From: Mytilus trossulus
Lineage: Eukaryota
Reading direction: 5' to 3'
Length of the DNA stretch: 64,000 bases
Assembly: GCF_036588685.1 (NCBI RefSeq)
Contig: NC_086377.1
Coordinates: forward strand, 10,354,001 to 10,418,000
A program made the position numbers and the translations under genes. Every line of letters starts with the position of its first letter. Position 1 is the stretch's first letter. Under the pieces are notes generated by a model that saw only the letters and a list, made by a program, of their open reading frames with translations, was not told where the DNA came from and ran no database searches. Positions 1-13,677 of this stretch are shown in pieces.

Positions 1-2136
1 AAATTAAACAGCATGTGATATTGAAAATTGTATCTGATATTTATTTTTATTAAATGGGAAAATATATATAAAAACAAATTCGTCCCTCTTGTATCCTTTA
101 TTTTATGTTATAAGTGTATAGTGTACGTATACACATTCATGGTACTGTTTTGTTCTAAAATGATACAACCAATTTTAAGGAGCCACTTTATCTATTATAT
201 GAGAATTGATATGGCATTTTGATGTAGCAACATTTTTTTTACATTATTTAAAACATTATGTTATACGGTAAATCTTGCATCTTGTGTTTCATTTTTGCAT
301 TTCATATAGTATGTTATTTTAATTCACAATTGGCGATTCGTACTTATTTATCTTTGATTATAACTAACTTACGTCAACTTGTTTTAGGATGAAAACACCA
401 AAGTGTCTTTCGAAAGTCTTGGTGTATAAAAACAAAAATCACATAAATTATGCAATTCATAATAGAAGTTGTTTGATGTAATGTTGTTATTAAAATAGCT
501 AGGCAATACAATACACACACCCTTTAAATAATGTCACACAGACGTGCGTTACAACTACAAAAGAGTCGGAAGATTTAGAGTATCGTTAAAATGGTATAAC
601 CAGAAATGTTTTAAGCCAATGACATGTGATAACCGGAACAGTTGAAATATTATACCATAAAAAGCATAAGTGAAACAAGTTTACTCAACCTCAGTTCAAC
701 TTACCTTTTGTGGGGTGCAACCTTAGTTCTCAAATGATTTCTTACTTTATAAAGCGACACGTTTAATTCATACACATACTGTTTATCACATTCCAATGTT
801 TGCCATGCTTGATTTATATACTAATTCAATAATGAGACTTCAAAATATTCTACTATCACAACTACCTATGGTATTATTATATTGTCGTTGTTATCTCTCT
901 TTGCTAAATTGTATGCTGTTTTCTGTGGTTAGATTTCTATAAGTTGTCCCTCAAGTTAGTGTAAAGTTAGGCAAACAAATAGGTATGGACATTAGTAATT
1001 TATAATATAAGGTTTTGTTAAAATGGTAGTAGTAGACTATGAGATTATTAAAAAATCATATTAACTTAATGTTGTATCTCAGACAGGTTCGTCTACAAGG
1101 AGACAATGCCATGACAAACAGCAGTATACACAAAAACAAAATCAATATTTTGAGTCATGTTTTATAGCGAAGCGGAACAAATCAGATATTTTCAATTCTT
1201 GAGTTTGACTGTCCCTCTGGTACCTTTCAGCCCTCTTTCATGGATTATACTGCATGAGAGACACTGAAAGCAGAGATGGTGAAATTAAAAAAAGTTTAAC
1301 AACAAATTTATTTGGAGAACTGTTTTAACATATCAACATACTTAAAAATGGTTAAATCAACTCAAGGTCAACTTTATTCGTTTTAGAATTATAATTCAAT
1401 ATTATGCTGTATTTAGTGATTATTTTTTTAATTTTTCAGCGGGTAAGTGTCAAGTAGCAAACAGATAAGTATAGAAAACAATTATATATGCAAGTTATAA
1501 TATAACGATAGTTATACAATGGCGTTAGCAGAGTAGTAAAGTTAAACAATAAACATACTAGTACCATTTTATGAAGAAAATTAGTTTAGAAGTGTTTTAA
1601 ATAAAATTGAGAATGAACATTTGTTAGTAGATAACCATTGTCTGTGTTCTGTTTTTTTTAAAACCCCTTTTATAAAGATTAAAAGTAATATCACAGCGTT
1701 TGTGTTCTTAAATAACAACTCTCAGCTTTTCAAATATGAGAATAAATTGATTAGATTACTTCCGTTTTGAATTTTACCCGAAGTTCAGTATTTATATGAG
1801 TTTACTGTTTGTTAAGTGATTAGACATGATAAGATATTCAAGACTGAGTTTTTAAAGATTGAGCCATGTGCTTGTTTATGTGTACAGCCAGTGTTTTGTA
1901 AACATATGTTGAAAAGAATGTCAGCAATTCTGTATGTTTTGAATTTCCATAATTATTCTGTCTATCAAAAAAAGCAAAACACTTTAAAAATTCAAAACGC
2001 CCGAAGCGCTTATGTTGATAAAAGTACCGTGCACTTGACGAAGCGGAACAAGTCAGACATAATAAGTTCAGATTTTTTGCTACAGTACTATGATTGCTAT
2101 ATGATTACCATAAGCATCATATAAAGAAAACACATA
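1..2136 (+). repeat. Segmental duplication, paralogous to 62119-64000 (tandem gene-scale repeat, ~62 kb offset)
   Basis: Near-continuous direct match by eye, e.g. aaaacagcatgtgatattgaaaattg at 6 and 62124. This copy has an extra ~240 bp around 1580-1818. ORF-track peptides 1816-2124 and 63766-63987 are also similar. Confidence 0.95.
1440..1442 (+). CDS. 3-nt microexon (CGG) of upstream TRIM-like paralog
   Basis: tttttcAG|cgg|GTAAGTgtcaagtagcaaacagataagta; positional paralog of 63542-63544. Confidence 0.75.
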
Positions 2137-2917
2137 CAGAGTTGATGCTATTATGATTTGTTTTGTCTCAAATAAAGGCAACAATAGTATACTGCTGTTC
2201 GAAATTAATAAATTGATAGAGACAGAAAAATACAAATCTGGGTTATAAACTAAAGCTGAGTGAAACGTATCAAATATAAGAGAACTACGTTACAACAGAA
2301 ACTCAACACTAAAATGTAACACACACAGAAACGAACTATACAGTAACAATGGCCATTTTCCCGACTTTGTAAAAGGCATTCTATGAAATAATGGTGGGTT
2401 AAACCTGTTTTTGTGGCATGTCAAACCTCCCGTTTTAATGGTAATGTTAATAATAACATTAAAATGACAACATTACACGACAGGGCTACAATAAATAAAT
2501 CGAAGAAAAATAGGACAGAGAAACAAACGAATAATAGCCATCAAAGGGTACCAGGTTATAAATAAATGTATACGTCAGACGTGCGTTACGTCCTCACAAA
2601 AACTATGCTCAGATGAAAAAAGTTTGAAAGCCAAAACAAGTACAGAGTACAAGAGCGATACACGGTTTGAACAGTCATTTACTTTTTTGGGGGACATAGT
2701 CATATTAACAACTTGGTTTGTCATTTTGTTTTATATTTAAGCATCGTTTAAGTAGCGACAATATTCACACAGTTTCATCTAAGCAACAAACAAGCAATTT
2801 AAAGCAATATTTAAAAATTAGCAAATTGATAACTGATGTTTTGAGAAGATATTTTATGTGTATCTGGATTTTGAAAAGTTTTTCCTTAGATTTCAAACTT
2901 TTTTTTATATTTTTCAG

Positions 2918-2923
2918 TTATCG
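2918..2923 (+). CDS. 6-nt microexon (TTATCG; encodes Y-R) of upstream paralog
   Basis: ttttcAG|ttatcg|GTAAGTgttatgtaacagataagtat; in phase 2 gives Y-R immediately before the CSC exon. Confidence 0.72.
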
Positions 2924-3352
2924 GTAAGTGTTATGTAACAGATAAGTATATAGTGATAAGTTTACCAAACAAAAAGAATGAATAGACATCATATAGCGAA
3001 TTGTGTGTGTGGAATTTAAAGAATGGGAAAATATAAGCCAGTTCCAAAAAAAAAGCATTATTATATAAATGTTATAAGAAGCCAGGCGATGTTTTGAATT
3101 CTGTTTTTTTTTAAGAATAATATCAGATAGTGATGATTACACATATTCCATAATTTTCTCCAATACTTGTGTATTGTGACTTATATTAGAACGTTCATAT
3201 CTTAAGCTTTAAATCCAATGAATATCTTATGTTTCATCATTAAATAACTATACATTTATTTTAACTGTTGAACCAGTTAACGCAAAGTTTAATAAGGATG
3301 TCCGAGCGACATGTTTTATATAATTAAGTGTTGTTTTTTTCTCTCATTGTAG

Positions 3353-3367
3353 ATGTTCATGTGGCGG
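3353..3367 (+). CDS. 15-nt exon encoding C-S-C-G-G (second Cys pair of putative Zn ribbon), upstream paralog
   Basis: ttttttctctcattgtAG|atgttcatgtggcgg|GTAAGTactgcagataaa; phase 2-2. Confidence 0.72.
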
Positions 3368-4481
3368 GTAAGTACTGCAGATAAAACATACAATCCATAT
3401 TGCTCTTTGATGACTTTAAGTTCATAGTATGAATTCGTCATACAACGACGTAAAGATTAAAGTATTTATTTAGTTTATCAATTAAATTAAATATGACATG
3501 CGTATTATTGTTTTATTCTTCCATTTAGCATATGATAGGCATTACTTCATGTTATTATGAGTATGTGCATATCACAAGTGAACAGCCTGTAATTCACATA
3601 TTTGTTTTTTTCGTTTTGAACAAAAATTAGGCCGTTAGTCTCTTGTTTTACATTTGTCATTTCGGGGCTCGTTGTTAAAGAAGGTTATGTGACTTATAAT
3701 TTTTTTGTCATTCGGTTTCTCTTGGAGAATTGTCTCGTTTAAAAATCAAACCACATATTCTATGTTATTTTTGCTGCAGAAAAATCTTTTCACTTGCGTT
3801 TCATAGAGACACGATAGAAGACGAATGACATACTTTATGTTTACAAATATATTCTTTAGAAAGACACTTTTCTAATTGTTAAGTTAGTTTTAATGGCTGG
3901 CCTGGCATAATTTGTGTCCATTTAAAACGATTGGTAAGTTATTGTACTTGATATCTACTCACTGAACAAAGAACATTTCAACGTATAAAGTATAAATATA
4001 AGCTATAAAAATCAATAATATACAGAACTAACATGTACTGTTAAAAGGTATCTTAAATACAACTTGAGCAATGGAGTACGATATTCAACATATCGGAAGC
4101 TTTGACTTGTATGAGTTTTGTACAATAAAAACCGAATGTCAACATCAAAACCTACTATTTATCTAGTCAAATCATGACCAAATGCAAGAGCAAGCAACGG
4201 AACTAACATGAACAACAGTCACTCCTGGTTTAGTTAGTATATCAACCAATTAGTCATTAAATAGTTTCAACCAACCACGTCAGGACTAAAAGACGAACAA
4301 TAATTTAGCAAAACATGCACACATTGTTTAGTTTCATGAAGAATAAACCAATTGCAATCAAATCGCATAGAGTACAAATAACAACAAATTTATACTAGTA
4401 CGATTATTTTGGAATGATATAATGTAATTATAGTGCATACATTATAATGATAATATTTGTCCATGGTATTCATGTTTTCAG

Positions 4482-4509
4482 AACTGTGAGGTATATTAGA
4501 GAATTGTAA
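4482..4509 (+). CDS. Putative terminal coding exon (G)TVRYIREL* of upstream paralog
   Basis: gttttcAG|a ACT GTG AGG TAT ATT AGA GAA TTG TAA in phase 2; AATAAA at 4755-4760. An internal donor AG|GTATAT at 4491 (9-nt exon) is an alternative. Confidence 0.6.
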
Positions 4510-7500
4510 AGAGACAGTCTGTAACAACCATTTGCCAGACAAAGAAACAGAAGTAGAAATGTATTTCATTCTAAACTGAAGAACCTAATGTTTTTTTTTT
4601 GTGTATGTACATATTTTGTTATTGATATAATTGTTGATTATAGCTACGAGTACAATAATCTTCGCAAAAAGTTAACCAAAATATTGTTTCTGTAAGGAGT
4701 AGTTTTATCATTATCCAAGTCATGTATAGAGTTTAAAGCCCAACAAATGTTTTAAATAAACTATCAAAACTCCAGAATATAAGTTTTTCGGGCTTCTGAT
4801 TTCAACATCAACATTGTTTGTTTACTCTGAGGGATCATACAAAGGTTAAACTAACAAACATCTGTCAGGGAAACATGTAGTGAACATATAAATATATCAT
4901 GGTGTTCATGATATAAAGATTCAATGATACGTTGCTTTTAGTGACTGGCGAACAAAACACGGTACTGTGGCTTCACCTTGGCGACATAAGCGTGGTTTAA
5001 TGTGACAAAACGATTACATAACGGTCAACGTTATCAACAGCCCGTCAATTTACCTTTTAAGATAGGAGTCCATCATAATAATTAGGATAATTCTGCTCAA
5101 AAGCTTCATTTCAAGCAGCAACATAAACTGAGTAATGACAGAAGAAAAATACAACTCCAGGAAAATGGTTTATAAACAAAGATTTCAGTTATTGCTTGGA
5201 TATTTTATTGAAATAGCTGAATGATGAACATTTAAGGATTGTTGCATACAAATACTATTATTCAGTTTTTGTTCTTTTCTTATCTGATTGGCGAATGATA
5301 TCCTTGGATTTGTTTTTATTCCTGAATGTGCAGTGTGTTCTGCGTACTTAGACACTTCTGTATGTAACTACATATAAATGACACATTGGTTATTATAAGA
5401 GAAGGATGTTCTGGAAAACTGATTGAAGTAAACCTGATCATGATTTGTGGTTGTCTTATATGTTCAGGAACATGGCATGAGTATCGAAATAAAAGTAGAC
5501 TATGTTATTCATGTTCCAATCATATCATTAAAAGTCTTAAAAAGTAAATCACTATTAATTCAATAATTCTTATATGATTTGCATGTCTGCAAATACATGT
5601 AATTTGTTTTTTCTATGGTCGGGTTGTTGTCTCTTTGACAAATTCCCCATTTCCATTCTCAATTTGTTTTAATACTTGCATCAGATTAGTCTGTTAGAAT
5701 TATGTTCCCTTTGTTTATTATAAGAAAAGGACGTTCTGGAAAACTAATTGAAGTAAACCTGATCATGATTTGTGGTTGTCTAATATGCTCAGGAACATGG
5801 CATGATTATCGAAATAATAGTAGAATATGTCATTCATATTAAAATCATATCATCAAAAGTATAAAAGTAAATAACTTATAGTTCAATAATTCTTATATGA
5901 TTTGCATGTCAACAAATTTATGTTATACTTATTATCATAATAGTCTGTTAGAATTATGTTGCCTTTGTTTACATTTCGATCCACCATGTTGCTGTAGAGT
6001 CTGTCGTACCTTCAATGTTCATGCGAGAAAGTTATACATAAGATCAAAAAGATCCAACTTAATTGAATATGTAATTAAGATACTAGCAATAATGATGATA
6101 ATAATTATATATGTATAATTATTATACCAGCAATAATGATGACAATAATCATATTCCTCATTCTAAGCACATACTTGAAAATCCAATGAAAATGAAACAG
6201 AATTCAAATTATCAGAAGTGGTGTATGCTTCATTAAGCAACCGATCATTCATCAACACACTAATAGGTAGGTGGTACGGGTGTCTTTTGTTATCTTGTAA
6301 GAGTCTCAAATTTCAGGTCTATCTAACGAAAGATTTTGGACACTTTTTAAACACTTCAGTGTCTTTCTTGATTGATCTTAGTTTATGTGAAAGATTTTAA
6401 CTGATTCACCGATGCAGACTTAGATATGAAAACAAAAAATGTCACTTTTCAGATGATTTTTGTCAAAAATAAAAGTGATCGCATCCGTGTTCATCCCAAA
6501 CCTTTATATATGCAATGTTTTATCATCATAACATGGCATAGTTCATTATTAAGAATGAACACAAATGCAACCAATTTTTATTTGAGACGGAAACCGTCTA
6601 AAATTTAACTAAATTACTAAAATTGTGACGATTTCAGTTATTAAGCAGGACTTAATGAGGCTAGTACCCGATATATTGGCATTTTATTGTCAAAAATAGC
6701 CCATATTTATATAGCAGATGCCTTGTTACTTTCCAAGAAGTAACTAATAATTTACATTTTCATAATTTTGCCAGATGGACGACTATATTGCATATGTTTT
6801 TAATGGCTTTTTGATGACCTTAAATCTTACTGTCAATTCCTGTTAAGAGTACAGGTGGATAGTTGTCTCATCTGGTATAATTCTTAATCGCCGTATTTTA
6901 TATGAAAAACTAATCAATGATTATCATATCAAAGCAGGAACCATCCTCCAATTTTGCGGGGAGAAATAGGTAATGTATCAGCCCTTAACTTTTTGTAGTA
7001 CGGATCATGCTTATTCAGTTTATATATTTTTTTTGATTATTTAAATATGACATGTACTTAGTGATGTCCATTACCAGATTACATAAATTCCTGGACAGAC
7101 ATATTTTCATATTTATAGAGTAGCAAATCATTGTAATACTTTGATTTGGTAAAATAAATAATGATTAAAGGTTAGAAGGTACAAGTTTGCTATTGTTCCC
7201 TGAACAATTCTTACCCTACTGCATAAGTGCAAAATGCACACCATATGGTTCAGAAGTCTAGAACTATTTGCAGGTTTTAAGTCCAATGAATTTAAAGATC
7301 TTACATCTTTATGTCTTTGATGTGTTAAAGGAGATTGTTGTAGTAATGTCGCTACACTTTTATTGTGTGGAAAGAATCCATTCTATATTAACCTATAATA
7401 CAGAATAGAATAGAATAGAATGGAATATTTGTATTTCCCAATTTACAGGGCATATACAGGGCATAAAATCAGATACAACTGATTTACATAATTGGTAACA

Positions 7501-8835
7501 ACAATATATAAAATATCAATTGGGAATAAAAGCATTGGTCAGAATCAAGTAAAAAACCACATATATATATAGTGAATAAAAGAATAATAAAATTACATTA
7601 TATCTGTATTTATATATTTTGTCCAGTTTTATATCTTTGCCACCTTGTCTAATTTTACAGGAACTCCGCCACCACGCGCTGAATTATGGGTAACTGTGAA
7701 ATAGACTATGCATTGAACAACCAAACAAACACGCATGAAACCACAAGCAATGCATACAAAAACTGTATACTGAGCAAGACGGTCGCAACGATCATTCGGG
7801 TTGATTTCAGGTGCTCATAGCATATTTAAAGTCGATGATCAGTAACTTTAAGTGATATGCGAAGTTTGAAATACATCTGCTATCATCTGTGACGCAACCA
7901 TCCCGTACCGATCAACCAAATACTAACGGCGTCTGTAAAACATTCGGAAGGGTAATTTCTACTTTACAATAAGAAACCTGTTTATAATAGCTTCATTGTA
8001 CGCAACAAATCTTTATCGAGGCAATCATGATAGATAACGCAATCGTTGAAATATCGTAAAAATTGGGAGATATAAATAATCCATGTGCAGGCTTTGCGTG
8101 AATCTTGCTACATAGAAACGGAAAAAACTATTACTGGATAGCCGAAGTATTTTTTGTTGTCATAAAGTTAAGTTACAAAACGACTTTCCGGTATCAGCCA
8201 AGACATACGGCGAACTTTACTATAACATTCCGTGTCCTGTGTTTAAAGTTTTATTAGAAAGATGCATTCAACATAATTACTTTTAATTGTATTTGAGTCA
8301 ATTGACATCATTTATATAGCAGAACATAAAGTTAAATGATAATTCTACCTTGTTTTCATTTTTTTCTGAGAATCTCCCCAATAAAATCGAATAGGAATAA
8401 AGGAACATGTTCTCAAGAAGAAGAGCATAGTCCCCAGTTATGCTCTGTGTGTTCCATATCACAGAGACAGAACTTGGGAATGTTACCAGTAAATAAACAC
8501 GTGCATATTGTTTACATTGAAATCTGTGGTAACCTTTTATTCGAGGTAGGGATAGGTAAGAAAATTAGTGTTAATTTATACTCTGAGAAGTTCAGGGCAT
8601 ATAAACGTTAAAACTATGCCGCACAACCCTATATTTTGACCTTCGAAAAAAATTGTGGTGCACATGAATTTTCACTTGTAGGATAAAAATAATCAAAACT
8701 TGATAGTAAAAGTGGTACAGTTTAATCCGTAAAAGGATTTTCTATGTGAAATTGCATTGTCAATATTTACAGAAATGCAACCTCTAAGAAGATATGCACG
8801 ATTACCTCTGCTACTTTTACTAATAAGTGCAATAT

Positions 8836-11398
8836 GGGTACTCAGACCGTGTATATTTACGCCAAACATTTTTCATTTTAAACTGAAATATAGATTTTTC
8901 AAAATACTCTACAAATTTTAAAGTTAATTTGCTTGATAAATGTAACAAAAAATTGTTGAAGTCACTTCTTAAAATTCAAATTCGTTATGAGATTTGAAAT
9001 TTGTAATTTTCATGTGATTACATTATTTGATTTCAAGAGATATAATATAAAAAGAAATGATAAGTTTGTGTTAAAAACACTTTATCCATCAACATTTTGA
9101 ATAAATTAAAACATTTGAATTTGATTATTTTACAACAAAAACAAATTTCAATCTCCTTCTTAAGAACAAAATATTGAAATTGCTTACCTTAATCATTTTT
9201 CAATTTGCCTTAAAAAATTGAAAAATGAGAAATGCTCCAACTTGGAGCATTTTTTCAATTTGTCTTTCAAAATTGAAAATTGAAAAATGATCCAACACGG
9301 AGCATTTTTCAATTTGTCTTTCAAAATTGAAAAATGAAAAATGCTCCAACGTGGAGCATTTTTCAATTTTCCTTGAAATATTGAAAAATGAAAATTGGTT
9401 GAATTTTCATTTTTTATTTTTTTTCTCAAATATGAAAATATTTTTGTGTGTAGCATTATTCAACTTTTGTAATCGTTAAGCAATTGATATAAAAGATATT
9501 GGAAAATAGATAATCAAATTATATTTTCATTCATTGTTCACACTTTCGAAATTTTGTTTTTATGCTATAAATATAATACACATGTGTGTGTTTGTGAACC
9601 CGTAAATACACATTTATAACCAAACTCCGAAAAACAGGAGAACTGCAACGCACCATTTTTTTGATGTGGCACAGGAATATCATGCAATCTTTATTTCCCT
9701 TCCTATGTCGTTATTAACATTAAGGTTATCTATATATTCTCTATGTCTATGTTAAATCAAATAGATATTGGTATGTTGAATTCATTGGTAAAGATATTTA
9801 ATTTTACTCTCAAGTTTAGTATTGTTTTAAAAGTTAAGATCATTTAATATAAGATCTTAGCCATTTATCAGTGTTATGATCAAGGTATAACTATGCCTGA
9901 TTTACAAACTAAGTAGAGGTTTTTTTAAAGGATTATGCAAAGCTGGTAACAATAACAAAGTGATCTAAGCACACAACGACAGTCGAGAGAGTTATGTAGA
10001 GTAAAACAAAAATGTAAGATGGACTTTTAATAAAAAAAAAATTCGTACTTTTATGCACTGGCTACGCGTTTGGTAATATCCTCGGTGACAACCTAGAAAA
10101 AATGTTCAGATAAAACAACACCTAGGAAAGCTGTTTTTCCCTATATCCATGTATAAAGTTGATGAATATGCCATATTTCTTCTAAATACGGCTTATTTTG
10201 GAAGTCATCTTTTAACTAGATAATATTAATTTTTCCTAAAGAAGTTAAGTGTTGACAAATGTCTTGGTGTGTTCTTCCGTCAAGTATCATTTGTTGAATC
10301 AAACATCAATGGTCGGAAAGTTCTTCCATTCTTACAACATGTACATGTATATAAACAAGTGACCTCTTCACTTCGAGATTAAAGATTTCAACCCCGACAA
10401 TTCAAAGAAAGAAACGACAAAGAAAAACAAGACAGATAGATAGACAGATTGATATATACAATGAATGACAGATTGATAAATCAAAAGATAGATATAAACA
10501 TGTAGCTACAAAGACAGCTAGATATATAGATAAAAAGAAAGAATGATTTTTTTTGTGGTCATTATCGTACTTGTCAGTGTACCATCCTTGTTCGGTATTT
10601 GTTGATATCACACATAGTTCGCACACATACACACACACCTTAAAAAGATCTTCAAGATATATTGCGATTAAAACTAGAAAAAAGAAAACGGAAATAGTAA
10701 AACATTAAATAAAAGGTGTCAACAATTTAAACATTTAAAACACCTATTTTGAAACAAATTACATTTTCGTTCTCATTATTACACATTTAAATAATGAACA
10801 TTTTTCAAATTTGATTATTGCACAGTAAAATGAAAAAGGAAAAATTTCATTTTTCAATATCAAACGTCAAATTGAAAATTGCTCTACGTTGGAGCATTTT
10901 TCATTTTTCAATATTCGAAGTCAAATTGAAAAATGCTCCATGCTAGAGCATTTTTCATTTTTCAATAATGTAAGTCAAATTGAAAAATGCTCCACGTTAG
11001 AGTATTTTCCATTTTTCAATATTGTAAACTAGATTGAAAAATGGTAAAGGTCAGTATTTTCAATATTTGCTTTTAAGAATGAGATTGAAATATGTTTTGT
11101 TTTCTAAAGCAAGCAAATCCAAATGTTTAAATATATTTAAACTTTTGACGAAATAAAATCATTTTTAACACAAACTTATTGTTATTTGTTTCAATATCTT
11201 CGTTAAATCAAAAATGTAATTTCATGAAAATAACAAATTTCAATTCTCATAAACAAAATGGTTTTTCAAAGTGATTTCAATAGATTTTTGTTACATTTAT
11301 CAAACCAACTACCTTTAAAATTTGCAGAGCAATTTCAAAATTTATTTTTAATTTTTAAATGAAAAATGTTTGGCGTAAATGTACACGGACGGTACTCG
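8836..11398. mobile_element. Non-autonomous foldback-type element with diverged ~600-bp inverted arms
   Basis: ~8836-9430 is the reverse complement of ~10835-11398 (e.g. tttacgccaaacatttttc / gaaaaatgtttggcgtaaa). Both arms carry aattgaaaaatgctccaacgtggagcatttttc subrepeats. True ends not resolved. Confidence 0.7.
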
Positions 11399-13677
11399 GT
11401 GCAATTTTTGTACCGAAACGTTATATCTCATGTTTATATTTGGGTTTTATTTATGTAGTTTTTGTCAGCCGTTATCAACAGTTTAGCCATGAAAAATTAT
11501 CAGAAACATTTTTCTTTTCTAAAAAAAATTCTAAAAAAGGTCGAATATTCGAAAAAAAAATGTTGAATTACAAGCATTTATCAATCTTGGAATATCAGAA
11601 TATGCCATCCAGCACACAGAAATATCCGTTTAAATCTCACCACACGCGTATGTACTATAGTAGCCAATGAAACTGTATGAAAAAAAGACTTGCATTTTTT
11701 AAACGGTATTCACGGAAACAAGATTACCCGGTAGATGTTGCTGAAATACTCCACGTAGTGAGCATTCAAGTCACAAAACCGAGACGTCAGAAGGAAACTT
11801 ATTCTTATGAAAATATAACTGTCAATTATAGAACTACAATATTTTAAAAACGCTTTTGAATTTCTTCCAATTTTACAACAATCTAAATAACCAAAGGAAC
11901 TGATTCTAAAGTTAGCACAAAATATTACCACTTTTCAACCACTACTTTTCAAAGTCAGATTCGTATCGTTTGGTAACAATGTGAAGAGAACGACTGTGGT
12001 TGTAGATGTGGCTGGCCTAGATGAACGAATGGGATTCTGCGACATTTTAATCTTGAGAAACCATTACAGTTAATGCAAGAATGAACTGGCCAACTTGCAA
12101 ACTGGTTTGATAAATGCTTGTAATGTTGTCTCCAATGTTCATTTGTTTGTATTTATAATAAAAAAAGTTTAATTATAGACAGATCACGCAAACAAATTAT
12201 ACATAAAGATGATATGACGCGGAATTAGGGTCATAAACATCGAATTTAGCATATGCTTAAATGATTTTAGCATAAGCTATATTATAATTTAGCATATGCT
12301 AAAATGATTTGAGCATAAGCTTAATTCATTTGAGCTTAAGCTAAATTCATTTTAGCATAAGCTAAATTCATTTTTGCATAAGCTAAAATCATTTTAGCAT
12401 ATGCTGAATTGTTTAGCTTATACATAAACCTTGGCGCGGAATCAAGGTCATAAATATTAAAATTCAGCTTATGCTTGAATGAATTTAGCTTATGCTTAAA
12501 CGATTTAAGCCTATGCTAAAATGAGTTTAGCTTATGCTAAAATGAATATAGCTTATGCTAAAATGAATTAAGCTTATGCTACAACGATTTTAGCTTATGC
12601 TAAAATGAATTCAGCTTATGCTTAATTAATTATTTTATCCAATCAAAATCTCGCTTTCTTAACTACTTTTATACTTTTCTCTGGTAAAAAGGAATAACCA
12701 CTTTTCTCAAATAAATAAATGTTTTTCTTAATGTAAATACATATATAAATAGGGAGACTGTGGCCCTTTGCCATCCCGCTAAATCCGTCTCTGTTACCAA
12801 TTAAGCCGATTTTGTATAAATATTTAGGTCTCGCATGTTGCAAAATTTCAAAATCTTGACACGTGTTTGTTGATTAAATGAAATTCTATGTGTAATTGTG
12901 TATACATTGTACTCGATCTTTTAACCCTTAACGGTGCTATAGATATACAATGTGTACATGTACATTTTTTACCGATTGCATAAATGAAAATTTCACTACT
13001 GTGTGGGGTTAAAGGGTTGAATACAATGTATATTTATCAAAATAGATGACAAGTTGAGATTGGAACAAATGATGTTTTTTAATCTTGTACAATGATTTAG
13101 CACTATCAGAAATACAGGTCAATTTTTATATGCAGCACAATTCCATTAGTAGTTTTCATAGTGACCCAAGAAATTGAAATCAGACAGCAATCATTTGATT
13201 TTCTGAGGGGTGGTGGGTGGGTTATTTGTGTGTGTGGTTAGGGGGGGGGGGGGGGGTAAGTGGCCAAAAAAATAGATTGTTCTTTTCGAAAAAAACAACA
13301 TTAGCCCGGGGAAAAAATCCATCGCCCATCCCCGAAAATCAAATGGTTGCTGCCTTAGATGCAAAATCCCTCGGGAAGAATAAATGCATCCAAGCAAGCG
13401 GTGCATGAGAGTATAGTAAGTTCGACCTTTTCGGCCATTCACGAAAAACTGTGGATCCCGTTGTTTAACTGAGTGAATGGCCAACTTATTAAGAAAAAAC
13501 TGTAAAATCAATTGAAAACAGATAAACTTAAAAGATCGGTACGAAACCACTAAAAAACACTAACATTATTTCTAGACAATAGCTATAGACACAAAGCACC
13601 AAAATGAGAACATGTACAATAACTGAAAGTTTGTCCAAATCATTGCACTAAGACTGACATAAACCTTGTTCTTCTTA

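Noticed and set aside
1462-1472. CAG|ATAAGT as an AT-AC minor-spliceosome donor
   Set aside because: U12-type donors are ATATCCTT; this sequence resembles the U1 site instead.
8336-8611. ORF containing CSVC as the missing first Cys-pair exon of the second cassette
   Set aside because: No resemblance to exon 3 beyond CxxC and no donor directly after the motif.
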